Below, in pieces: positions 1-9,117 of a stretch of 64,000 nt of DNA (the first letter of the stretch is position 1; each line of letters starts with the position of its first letter). Made by a program: the position numbers and the translations under genes. A model generated the notes under the pieces. The model did no database searches. It was not told where the DNA came from and saw only the letters and a list, made by a program, of their open reading frames with translations. Location of the stretch: contig CANRNC010000002.1 of assembly GCA_947631915.1 (NCBI GenBank), forward strand, positions 56,628 to 120,627, given 5' to 3'. The stretch comes from an uncultured Clostridia bacterium. Lineage in GTDB: Bacteria > Bacillota > Clostridia > TANB77 > CAG-508.

Positions 1-229
1 TGGATGTTCCTGGACATGCTATACCTATTTTTTCTATGTCCTCTGCTTTAATATTATTATCTCTTAAAATCTCGTTTATAGCTATTGCTGTTGTTTCTTC
101 TATGAGTTTGTCTATATTTTTTCTGCCTTCTGAATTTATATTTTTTTCTTTTTTTACTACTATATTTCCTTTACTATCAATTAGTCCAACAGCAATATGA
201 CTTCCTCCAATATCTATTCCAATTTTCAT
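1..229 (-). CDS. ROK-family sugar kinase/regulator, 5' part (runs off the window)
   Basis: Manual translation from ATG at 229 gives MKIGIDIGGSHIAVGLIDSKGNIV...IGIACPG, carrying the ROK GIDIGG and GIxxPG motifs; GGAG RBS upstream. Confidence 0.85.
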   Translation of the reverse strand, partial: MKIGIDIGGSHIAVGLIDSKGNIVVKKEKNINSEGRKNIDKLIEETTAIAINEILRDNNIKAEDIEKIGIACPGTS

Positions 230-279
230 ATTTTTTCTCCTATATTTATATTTTACTAGGCATAGTATTCATGCTATAT

Positions 280-408
280 AAATTTAAAAAAGAATCGTTC
301 TATGGGTATGTAGACAAAATTGAAATCAATGAGGCGTACTTATATTGTACGTTGATTTTGTTTCAATTGAAGTCTAACGACGCCAAAGAACGATTATATT
401 TTAAATTT
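280..408. repeat. ~130-nt long imperfect hairpin abutting the hpf stop codon
   Basis: Nested complementary blocks AAATTTAAAA/TTTTAAATTT, ATCGTTCT/AGAACGAT, TAGAC/GTCTA, AATTGAAA/TTTCAATT, CGTAC/GTACG. Confidence 0.7.
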
Positions 409-944
409 TATGCTTCTGGTTCTACTAAACCATAATTATTAGAATCTTTTAATTTAAAGATTACATTTACTTTTCCTGTATCAATATTTATAAATGTATA
501 AAAATTGTTTCCTGGTTTTTCTTGTAATTTTAATTTTGCATCTTCTGGTGCCATTGGTTTTATTTCATAATATAAAGTCTTTACAATTTCATTTTCTATA
601 GGTTTTACTTCTTGTATAAATACTGATTCTTTAACTTTTAAAGAATCATCTCTATTCATTTTATCCTTTTTTGTTTTATATTTTCTAATTTGACCTTCTA
701 ATATATCTATGTCTTTATCAATTGCAGCATAAAGGTCTGTATGCTCTGTTACAGCTCTAAACATATCGAATTTTGTATTTACTTGTATTTCTGCTATTTG
801 TGAGTTTTTCTCTGATTTTATTGTTACCGTAGCATTTACTTCTGTTCCTTCAAAATATTTTTCAATTCTGACTAATTTTTTTTCAGCATATTCAATTATT
901 GCATCTGTGACTTTAACGTCTTTTCCTGTTACTTTTACGTTCAT
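408..944 (-). CDS. hpf: Ribosome hibernation promoting factor (long HPF/RaiA)
   Basis: N-terminus MNVKVTGKDVKVTDAI, DLYAAID motif, C-terminal domain ending YGLVEP. Confidence 0.92.
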   Translation of the reverse strand: MNVKVTGKDVKVTDAIIEYAEKKLVRIEKYFEGTEVNATVTIKSEKNSQIAEIQVNTKFDMFRAVTEHTDLYAAIDKDIDILEGQIRKYKTKKDKMNRDDSLKVKESVFIQEVKPIENEIVKTLYYEIKPMAPEDAKLKLQEKPGNNFYTFINIDTGKVNVIFKLKDSNNYGLVEPEA

Positions 945-980
945 TTTAATCTCATCCTTCCTATACCGTAATTCAATTGT

Positions 981-1009
981 ATTATATTATAAGATATATT
1001 TATTGTCAA
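981..1009 (-). promoter_or_regulatory. sigma-A promoter of hpf
   Basis: Minus strand reads TTGACA-17 nt-TATAAT, a perfect consensus. Confidence 0.75.
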
Positions 1010-1098
1010 TAATTGTTGTTAATATTAATATTGGTACACATTCAATAATTATATTGTGCAAATTTTTCTTCTACTACAATAAAAAATTCCTACAATAT

Positions 1099-1127
1099 AA
1101 AAAAATGCCATTTATACTGGCATTTTT
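1099..1127 (-). terminator. Intrinsic terminator after acpP
   Basis: AAAAATGCCA-loop-TGGCATTTTT hairpin followed by a T-run on the minus strand. Confidence 0.7.
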
Positions 1128-1143
1128 CATTTGTTCATTTATT

Positions 1144-1383
1144 TTATTGTTTATCTTTTATATATTCTACAACATCATTTACTGTAGATATTTTTTCAGC
1201 ATCACTATCAGGAATTTCCATGTCAAATTCTTCTTCTAGTGCCATTATCAATTCAACTACATCTAATGAATCTGCTCCTAAATCATCTATAAAAGATGCT
1301 TCTTTTGTAACAGCGTCTTCTGCAACACTTAATTGTTCGATAATTATTCTTTTTACCTTTTCAAAGATTTCATCATTCTCCAT
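1144..1383 (-). CDS. acpP: Acyl carrier protein
   Basis: [12 protein letters not shown] phosphopantetheine-attachment motif; 79 aa, acidic. Confidence 0.97.
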   Translation of the reverse strand: MENDEIFEKVKRIIIEQLSVAEDAVTKEASFIDDLGADSLDVVELIMALEEEFDMEIPDSDAEKISTVNDVVEYIKDKQ

Positions 1384-1465
1384 TTATATTCTCCTCCTTT
1401 TAAATTTAACTATTTTCCTTTATATTTAAAACTTAATAACAAGATAATATATATATTAAATTTTG

Positions 1466-2503
1466 TCAAGCATTTTTTGGTATTTTTTCAAATTCCTCTA
1501 TCATTCTTTCGACAGCTTTATTATCGACAAATTTTTCAGCTTGTTTTATTGTAAAATAGAATAAGTAGTCATCACTACTTCCGTGTGCTTTGACAACTGG
1601 TTTTTTAACTCCTAAAAATAATGCTCCTCCGTATTCTTTATAATCCATTGTTTTTCTAAATCTATTTATTGCTGGCATACATGGGATTGCTCCAATTATG
1701 GATAATATATTATGTTTAAGACTTTCCACTAGAGAACGTTTAACAAACTTTCCTATTCCTTCAACCGCTTTTAGGAATATGTTTCCTGTAAATCCATCTG
1801 TAACTATAGCATCAATTTCACCTGAAAAAGCATCTCTTCCTTCGACATTTCCGACGAAATTAATTCCTAATTCCTCTGATTTTTCTTTTAATAACTCATA
1901 TGATTCTTTGGTTAATTCATTACCTTTTGTTTCTTCTGTTCCTATATTTAATAAACCTACTGCTGGTTTTTCTATTCCAAAAGTATTTCTTAAATATATA
2001 GTTGACATTTGTGCAAATTGTAATAGATTTATTGGCTTACAGTTTGTATTTGCTCCAGAGTCTATTAATAATAATCTACTATGATATGCAGGTAAAATTC
2101 CTGCTAAAGCTGGTCTATCTATTCCTTTTATTCTTCCTACTAGAAGTGTTGCTCCTGTAAGTAGTGCTCCTGAATTTCCAGCAGAAATGAATACGTCTCC
2201 TTTTCCTTCTTTTAATAAATTAAATCCAACAACCATTGATGAATCTTTTTTATGCTTTATTGCTTCTGTTGGTTTATCTTCCATTTCTATAATTTGTGTT
2301 GTGTTATGTATTTTTATCTTTGGAGAAATATCACTTATTGAATTTTTTCCAAATAATTCTTTAACACGTTTATTTATAATTTCTTCATTTCCAGTTAATA
2401 GTATTTCTGTATTTTCTGCAACTTCTTTTATTGCTCTTACTGCTCCTTTTATTACTGCATCAGGTGCATTATCTCCACCCATAGCGTCTAATATTATAAT
2501 CAC
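1466..2503 (-). CDS. plsX: Phosphate acyltransferase PlsX
   Basis: DAMGGDNAP, SAGNSGA, GIDRPAL and KAHGSS motifs; GTG start. Confidence 0.97.
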   Translation of the reverse strand: MIIILDAMGGDNAPDAVIKGAVRAIKEVAENTEILLTGNEEIINKRVKELFGKNSISDISPKIKIHNTTQIIEMEDKPTEAIKHKKDSSMVVGFNLLKEGKGDVFISAGNSGALLTGATLLVGRIKGIDRPALAGILPAYHSRLLLIDSGANTNCKPINLLQFAQMSTIYLRNTFGIEKPAVGLLNIGTEETKGNELTKESYELLKEKSEELGINFVGNVEGRDAFSGEIDAIVTDGFTGNIFLKAVEGIGKFVKRSLVESLKHNILSIIGAIPCMPAINRFRKTMDYKEYGGALFLGVKKPVVKAHGSSDDYLFYFTIKQAEKFVDNKAVERMIEEFEKIPKNA

Positions 2504-2626
2504 TAAATATCCCTCTTCTTTCTAATCACAGTTTATGCATGTTCTTATTGTATTATTAATATTTCAAAAAATCAATACTTTTTCACCATAAATTATAAAT
2601 AAAAATACACAAAAAAAGTAGTGTTA

Positions 2627-2994
2627 CACTCTTTAACGACGAAATATTCTTATCATACAAATACCAGTAAAATCGCTTCGCAATTTTTCAGGTATTTATA
2701 TGATAATGTAGCGTTCCGCTACTCTAACATAATAAAGAAAATAAAAAAAAGAGAATGCTGAAGCATTCTTAAAGATAATTTTTTCATATTATACAAACAC
2801 CAGTAAAATTGCTTCGCAATTTTCCATGCGTTTGTATAGAGATAGTCTAACACTCTCTAGCGACGAAATATTCTTATCATATAAATACCAGTAAAATCGC
2901 TTCGCAATTTTTCAGGTATTTATATGATAATGTAGCGTTCCGCTACTCTAGCATAATAAAGAAAATAAAAAAAAGAGAGTGCTTGCAGCATTCT
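2627..2994. repeat. Two ~143-bp direct repeats (2627-2769, 2851-2994) plus a related half-unit (2790-2838), all hairpin-forming
   Basis: Near-identical units containing TATCATAYAAATACC-AGTAAAATCGCTTCGCAATTTTTCA-GGTATTTATATGATA and GTAGCGTTCCGCTAC. Confidence 0.9.
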
Positions 2995-3021
2995 CTTTTT
3001 TTTATTTTCTTTATTATGCTA
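2949..3021 (-). terminator. 34-bp-stem hairpin/terminator overlapping the tuf stop codon
   Basis: 2949-2982 is the reverse complement of 2988-3021 at 33/34 positions; the core is GAGAATGC-loop-GCACTCTC plus a T-run. Confidence 0.8.
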
Positions 3022-4216
3022 ATATTTCTGTTACGATACCTGATCCTACTGTTCTACCACCTTCACGTATAGCGAATCTTAATCCTTTTTCCATAGCGAT
3101 TGGTGTGATTAATTCGATAGTCATTCTTGTATTGTCTCCTGGCATAACCATTTCTGTTCCAGCTTCTAGTTCGATTAATCCTGTAACGTCTGTTGTTCTG
3201 AAATAGAATTGTGGTCTATATCCATTGAAGAATGGTGTATGTCTTCCACCTTCTTCTTTAGTTAATACATATACTTCTGCTTTGAATTTTGTATGTGGAT
3301 TAACTGTTCCAGGTTTTGCTAATACTTGACCTCTTTCGATGTCTTTTCTATCAATTCCTCTTAATAATGCTCCAGCATTATCTCCAGCTTGAGCTTGATC
3401 TAGAGATTTTCTGAACATTTCAAGTCCTGTGATAACTGTTTTATTTCTTTCTGTTGTTAAACCGATAATTTCAACTTCATCACCAACTTTGATTGTTCCT
3501 CTTTCTACTCTACCAGTAACAACTGTTCCTCTTCCTGTAATTGTCATTGTGTCTTCGATTGGCATTAAGAATGGTTGATCAACTGGTCTTTCTGGTGTTG
3601 GTATATAAGTATCAACTGCTTCCATTAATTCTCTAATGCATGCATATTCTGGTGCATTTGGATCTGTTGATGAACATTCTAGAACTTTTAATGAAGATCC
3701 TTTTATAACTGGGATTTCATCTCCTGGGAAATCATAGCTTGATAATAAGTCTCTAACTTCCATTTCAACTAATTCTAATAATTCTGGATCGTCAACCATA
3801 TCACATTTATTTAAATAAACTACGATATATTTAACTCCAACTTGTCTAGCAAGTAATATATGCTCTCTTGTTTGAGGCATTGGGCCATCAGCTGCAGAAA
3901 CAACTAGGATAGCTCCATCCATTTGTGCTGCACCTGTAATCATGTTTTTAACGTAATCTGCGTGTCCTGGGCAGTCTACGTGTGCATAGTGTCTGTTGTT
4001 TGTTTCATATTCAACGTGAGCTGTATTAATTGTGATTCCTCTTGCTTGTTCCTCTGGTGCTCCATCGATTTTTGAATACTCAGTATATTGAGCTTTTCCT
4101 TCTAATGATAATACTTTTGTAATAGCAGCTGTTGTTGTTGTTTTTCCATGGTCAACGTGTCCGATTGTACCAATGTTAATGTGTGGTTTTGTTCTTTCAA
4201 ATTTAGCTTTTGCCAT
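3014..4216 (-). CDS. tuf: Elongation factor Tu
   Basis: [29 protein letters not shown] motifs; start placed at ATG 4216 behind AGGAGG. Confidence 0.99.
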   Translation of the reverse strand: MAKAKFERTKPHINIGTIGHVDHGKTTTTAAITKVLSLEGKAQYTEYSKIDGAPEEQARGITINTAHVEYETNNRHYAHVDCPGHADYVKNMITGAAQMDGAILVVSAADGPMPQTREHILLARQVGVKYIVVYLNKCDMVDDPELLELVEMEVRDLLSSYDFPGDEIPVIKGSSLKVLECSSTDPNAPEYACIRELMEAVDTYIPTPERPVDQPFLMPIEDTMTITGRGTVVTGRVERGTIKVGDEVEIIGLTTERNKTVITGLEMFRKSLDQAQAGDNAGALLRGIDRKDIERGQVLAKPGTVNPHTKFKAEVYVLTKEEGGRHTPFFNGYRPQFYFRTTDVTGLIELEAGTEMVMPGDNTRMTIELITPIAMEKGLRFAIREGGRTVGSGIVTEILA

Positions 4217-4331
4217 TTGAAAATTCCTCCTTTTTAATTTTATATTTTTTTTAAATTTAATAGCGATATTTGCAACCATTTTATACTATTTTGGTTGATT
4301 TTGCAATAGTTTTTTCAAATTTATTTTATTT

Positions 4332-6416
4332 CTAATCTTCCTTTTTAGTTCTTGTTGCAACTATGTTGTCTAAAATTGTTTTTGGAACTTCTTCATAGTG
4401 ACTTGGTTCCATTGCATAAGTTCCTCTACCTTGAGTTTTAGAACGTAGGTCTGTTGCATATCCAAACATCTCTGATAATGGAATAAATCCTCTTACTATT
4501 TGAGATCCTCCTCTAGCTTCCATACCTTCCATTCTACCACGTCTAGAATTTATATCTCCAATAACATCTCCCATATATTCTTCTGGAACTGTTATTTCAA
4601 CTCTCATTATAGGTTCAAGTATAACTGATTTTCCTTTTTTACAACCATCTTTGAATGCCATAGATCCTGCTATCTTGAATGCCATTTCTGAAGAGTCAAC
4701 TTCATGGTAAGAACCATCTACTAAAGTAGCTTTAAAGTCTATAACTGGGTATCCTGCTAAAATTCCGCTGTTTGCTGCTTCACGAATACCATCTTCGATA
4801 GGTTTGATATATTCTTTTGGAACTGCTCCTCCGACGATTTTGCTTTCAAATACAATTCCTGAACCTGGTTCCAATGGTTCCATTTCAATAATAGCGTGTC
4901 CGTATTGTCCACGTCCACCTGATTGACGAATGAATTTACCTTCAGCTCTAACAGCATTTCTAATTGTTTCTTTGTAAGCAACTTGTGGTTTACCTACATT
5001 ACATTCAACTTTGAATTCTCTTTTTAATCTATCAACTATGATATCTAGGTGTAACTCACCCATACCAGCGATGATAGTTTGACCTGTTTCTTGATCTGTA
5101 TATGTTTTAAATGTTGGATCTTCTTCAGCAAGTTTTGATAAAGCGATAGCCATCTTTTCTTGTGCAACTTTGTCTTTTGGCTCTATTGCAATATCTATAA
5201 CTGGCTCTGGAAATTCCATTGATTCTAGTATTATAGGATGAGCTTCATCACATAATGTATCTCCTGTAGTTACATCTTTAAGACCAACAGCAGCAGCGAT
5301 ATCTCCTGTATAAACTTTTGTTATATCTTCTCTACGATTTGCATGCATTAATAGAATTCTTCCCATTCTTTCCTTTTTATCTTTATTAGCGTTCAATACA
5401 CTTGTTCCAGCGTCTAATGTTCCAGAGTAAACTCTAAAGAAACATAATTTTCCAACGAATGGATCTGTTGCAATTTTAAATGCTAATGCAGCAAAAGGTT
5501 CCTTATCGTCTGGTTTTCTAAAAGCTTGTTCTCCATCTGGAGTTTGACCTTCAACTGGTGGAATATCTACTGGTGATGGTAAATAATCTAATATTGCGTC
5601 AAGTAATTCTTGAACACCTTTATTTTTGTATGAAGAACCACAGCATACAGGAATTATATTTCCAGCTATTGTTCCTTTACGAAGTCCTGATTTTATTTCT
5701 TCTATTGTTAATTCTCCACCATCTAAATATTTCATCATTAATTCATCATCTTGTTCTGCAGCAGTTTCAATCATTTCTTGATGTGCTGCTTCTGCTTCTG
5801 CCTTCATATCTTCTGGAATATCTGTGATTTCAATATCTTTTCCTTCATTATCTTTATGAATAAGTGCTTTCATTTTCATTAAGTCTACTATACCTTTAAA
5901 ATTATCTTCAGCACCTATTGGTAATTGAATTCTTACTGGATGAGCATTTAATCTTGTCTTTAATTGTTCAACACAATTGTTAAAGTTTGCTCCTGTCATA
6001 TCCATTTTATTTACATATACCATTCTTGGTACTTTGTATTTATCTGCTTGACGCCAAACTGTTTCAGATTGAGGTTGAACTCCACTTTTAGCACATAGTA
6101 CAGTAACTGCACCGTCAAGTACTTTTAATGATCTTTCAACTTCAACTGTAAAATCAACGTGTCCAGGTGTGTCTATAATGTTAATTCTATGATCTTTCCA
6201 GAAACAAGTAGTAGCAGCAGAAGTAATTGTTATACCTCTTTCTTGCTCTTGAACCATCCAGTCCATAGTAGCTTCACCATCATGAACCTCACCAATTTTA
6301 TGTGTTTTACCTGTGTAGAAAAGAATTCTTTCTGTAGTTGTAGTTTTTCCTGCATCTATGTGAGCCATTATTCCTATATTTCTTGTTTTTTGTAATGATA
6401 CTTGTCTACCGTCCAC
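4332..6416 (-). CDS. fusA: Elongation factor G
   Basis: [21 protein letters not shown] and DTPGHVDF motifs; 694 aa. Confidence 0.99.
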   Translation of the reverse strand: MDGRQVSLQKTRNIGIMAHIDAGKTTTTERILFYTGKTHKIGEVHDGEATMDWMVQEQERGITITSAATTCFWKDHRINIIDTPGHVDFTVEVERSLKVLDGAVTVLCAKSGVQPQSETVWRQADKYKVPRMVYVNKMDMTGANFNNCVEQLKTRLNAHPVRIQLPIGAEDNFKGIVDLMKMKALIHKDNEGKDIEITDIPEDMKAEAEAAHQEMIETAAEQDDELMMKYLDGGELTIEEIKSGLRKGTIAGNIIPVCCGSSYKNKGVQELLDAILDYLPSPVDIPPVEGQTPDGEQAFRKPDDKEPFAALAFKIATDPFVGKLCFFRVYSGTLDAGTSVLNANKDKKERMGRILLMHANRREDITKVYTGDIAAAVGLKDVTTGDTLCDEAHPIILESMEFPEPVIDIAIEPKDKVAQEKMAIALSKLAEEDPTFKTYTDQETGQTIIAGMGELHLDIIVDRLKREFKVECNVGKPQVAYKETIRNAVRAEGKFIRQSGGRGQYGHAIIEMEPLEPGSGIVFESKIVGGAVPKEYIKPIEDGIREAANSGILAGYPVIDFKATLVDGSYHEVDSSEMAFKIAGSMAFKDGCKKGKSVILEPIMRVEITVPEEYMGDVIGDINSRRGRMEGMEARGGSQIVRGFIPLSEMFGYATDLRSKTQGRGTYAMEPSHYEEVPKTILDNIVATRTKKED

Positions 6417-6471
6417 AAATTTTTCCTCCTTTATTTTATCTATTAACGTTTTATCTTCTTAATTGCTAAAC

Positions 6472-6671
6472 TCTACCATTTGTAGTGTGCAAATGCTTTG
6501 TTTGCTTCTGCCATCTTATGCATATCTTCTTTCTTTTTGTTTTTTCAAGTCAAACAATCAGTTTCACTGCTTGTTTGTCATGAGCTTTCAAAACAAAGCA
6601 TTTTCTACCATTTATAATGTGCAAATGCTTTGTTTGCTTCTGCCATCTTATGCATATCTTCTTTCTTTTTG
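6472..6671. repeat. 68-bp direct duplication of the rpsG 3' end (6472-6539 vs 6604-6671)
   Basis: 66/68 identical; both differences are synonymous (CAC TAC vs CAT TAT). Confidence 0.95.
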
Positions 6672-7075
6672 AAAGCTCCACCGTTACCAGCTACAGCGTC
6701 TAGTATTTCTGCTGCTAGTTTTTCTGCCATTGTTTTTTCATGTCTTTTTCTAGCATATGTTACTAAATATCTTAAACCTAATGTTTGTCTTCTTTCAGGT
6801 CTAATTTCTAGTGGAACTTGGTATGTTGCACCACCAACTCTTCTTGCTTTAACTTCAAGAACAGGCATTACATTATCTAATGCTGCTTCAAATACTTCTA
6901 GTGGATTTTTTTGTTCTTTCTCTTTAATGATGTCAAATGCACCATAAACGATTTCTTGTGCTACAGCTTTTTTACCATCTAACATAACATTGTTGATTAA
7001 TTTTGTAACAACTTTGCTATTGTACATTGGATCTGGTAACACATCTCTTTTTGCTACATAACCTTTTCTTGGCAC
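6605..7075 (-). CDS. rpsG: 30S ribosomal protein S7
   Basis: MPRKG..., [22 protein letters not shown]. Confidence 0.99.
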   Translation of the reverse strand: MPRKGYVAKRDVLPDPMYNSKVVTKLINNVMLDGKKAVAQEIVYGAFDIIKEKEQKNPLEVFEAALDNVMPVLEVKARRVGGATYQVPLEIRPERRQTLGLRYLVTYARKRHEKTMAEKLAAEILDAVAGNGGAFKKKEDMHKMAEANKAFAHYKW

Positions 7076-7254
7076 TATTCTTCACTCCTTTTCATAAAAT
7101 TTATGTGATATCTATATTATTCGTGTAAATTAGCACGACGAGATATCAAAGTTACTCTGATAGGTTTAACCTATCCGTCAAGTGCAATAATCTATTCTAA
7201 ATTTAAGTACCTTAAATTAGTAATTTATTATTTGCACTAATTTTAGTCCAACTA

Positions 7255-7668
7255 TTATTTCTTTGGACGTTTAGCTCCATATTTTGAACGAGCCTGCATT
7301 CTGTCTTTTACTCCTGCTGTATCAAGTGTTCCTCTAATTATATGGTATCTAACACCTGGTAAGTCCTTTACTCTTCCACCTCTTATTAATACAACACTAT
7401 GCTCTTGTAAGTTGTGTCCTATTCCTGGTATATATGAAGTAACTTCATATCCGTTAGATAATCTAACCCTAGCAACTTTTCTCAAAGCAGAGTTTGGTTT
7501 TTTAGGTGTAACAGTTTTTACTACTGTACAAACTCCTCTTTTTTGTGGAGCACGGTTATTTGTTAAAGTTTTGTTTCTAGAGTTATAACCATGTTGTAAA
7601 GCTGGAGCTGTAGATTTAGTTTGACTTGTTTTTCTTCCTTTTCTTACTAATTGATTAATTGTTGGCAC
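7255..7668 (-). CDS. rpsL: 30S ribosomal protein S12
   Basis: [35 protein letters not shown]. Confidence 0.99.
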   Translation of the reverse strand: MPTINQLVRKGRKTSQTKSTAPALQHGYNSRNKTLTNNRAPQKRGVCTVVKTVTPKKPNSALRKVARVRLSNGYEVTSYIPGIGHNLQEHSVVLIRGGRVKDLPGVRYHIIRGTLDTAGVKDRMQARSKYGAKRPKK

Positions 7669-7747
7669 TTAAATTTCACCTCCTATATTTTTATTATATT
7701 TATCCAATGGAGTTTATGTATTGTTCCATTTAATAAACAGCTTTTTT

Positions 7748-7776
7748 ATTATATTACTTTTCTTACGGAAAGTCAA
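7748..7776 (-). promoter_or_regulatory. sigma-A promoter of the rpsL (str) operon
   Basis: TTGACT-17 nt-TATAAT on the minus strand. Confidence 0.7.
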
Positions 7777-7842
7777 CATTTTTACTTAAATTATTGTTTG
7801 TATTAATAAAATAGTTGAGTTTCTCAATTTGCTTTTGGCAAA

Positions 7843-8970
7843 TTATGTTTTTCTTGTTAATTTTGCTTTTATTTCCATTTCCTGTTTATTTCTTAATACT
7901 TTTAAAGTAACTTCGTCATCTATATTTTTAGTATAAATGTATCTTCTTAAATCATTTATCTTGTTCAATTTAATTCCATCAATCTCTTCTATAATGTCTC
8001 CAACTCTTATACCCGCAAGTTTTCCTGCACCTCCTGATACCATCTCTGTAACAAAAACACCATATTCAAATTGTAACGATGAACTTATATATTGTATTGC
8101 CTCTTTATCATAAACATATACTCCTAGACTTGCTTCCTCAAATCTTCCTGTCTCCTCTAATTTTTTTATTATTGGCTTTATTATATTAATTGGAATAGAA
8201 AGTCCTATTCCTTCTGCCTCTGATATTTTAATAGTTGTTATACCTATTATATTTCCTTGTTCATCTACTAAAGGTCCTCCACTATTTCCTGCATTTACAG
8301 ACGCATCTGTCTGTATCAATTCTTCCATATAAGAACTTACCTCACCATCTTCATTTTTAATTTTGATAGTTCTATCTAATGCGCTTATTATACCATGCGT
8401 TACAGTTTTCTGAAATTCTATACCTAATGGATTTCCTATTGCATAAACTGTTTGTCCAATTCTTAATGAATCCGAATCTCCCAGGTTTGCATATTTAATT
8501 TGTTTTGTGGTATTTAGTTTTAAAATACTTAAATCTAAATTTGAATCTGTCCATACTACTTGTGCTGTATATTCTTCTCCATCTTCTAGCGTAATATAGC
8601 ATTTAGATAACTTATTACCACTAACATGATAGTTAGTTATCAAATACCCTTGACTCGAAACCATAATTCCTGTACCCAAATTATAAGTTTCTACTGCTTC
8701 TAATGAGAAAATGGATGAGTCTACATTTTGTAGTTTCGATACTCCCACTACAGAGCTAGAAACTTGTTCTAAAGTATCATATATTTCTTTTTCTGTTTCT
8801 TCCACGGCTGTAGTCTTCTCACTATCAATAGGCGTGCTATCTACATTTATATTTAGATACATATCATATAAAGCTATACTTATTGTTGATATTATAAAAA
8901 CTGCAATTAACTTTATAAGAATTTTTAATACACTATGTTCATTATGTACTCCTGTATAATATCTTTTCAT
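7843..8970 (-). CDS. htrA: HtrA/DegP-like serine protease with PDZ domain
   Basis: N-terminal TM helix; TNYHV, DLSILK and QTDASVNAGNSGGPL triad motifs; C-terminal PDZ. Start could alternatively be 8982. Confidence 0.9.
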   Translation of the reverse strand: MKRYYTGVHNEHSVLKILIKLIAVFIISTISIALYDMYLNINVDSTPIDSEKTTAVEETEKEIYDTLEQVSSSVVGVSKLQNVDSSIFSLEAVETYNLGTGIMVSSQGYLITNYHVSGNKLSKCYITLEDGEEYTAQVVWTDSNLDLSILKLNTTKQIKYANLGDSDSLRIGQTVYAIGNPLGIEFQKTVTHGIISALDRTIKIKNEDGEVSSYMEELIQTDASVNAGNSGGPLVDEQGNIIGITTIKISEAEGIGLSIPINIIKPIIKKLEETGRFEEASLGVYVYDKEAIQYISSSLQFEYGVFVTEMVSGGAGKLAGIRVGDIIEEIDGIKLNKINDLRRYIYTKNIDDEVTLKVLRNKQEMEIKAKLTRKT

Positions 8971-9092
8971 ATTTCTCACCATTTAAGATTATTTCCAAAT
9001 TATCCATTTTTAAACAATGAATATTAATTTGATTTTGATGATTGTATGAATTGCCAATATTTCATTTTATTATTTCTTTTGTATGGAAATAA

Positions 9093-9116
9093 GGGCACAT
9101 GCAATGTGCCCCTACA
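9093..9116 (-). repeat. GTAG-type REP palindrome
   Basis: TGTAGGGGCACATTGCATGTGCCC on the minus strand, 1 nt after the stop of the giant gene. Confidence 0.85.
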
Positions 9117-9117
9117 G

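Noticed and set aside
6463-6672. 69-aa plus-strand ORF with an internal repeat
   Set aside because: By-product of the rpsG 3'-end duplication read antisense.
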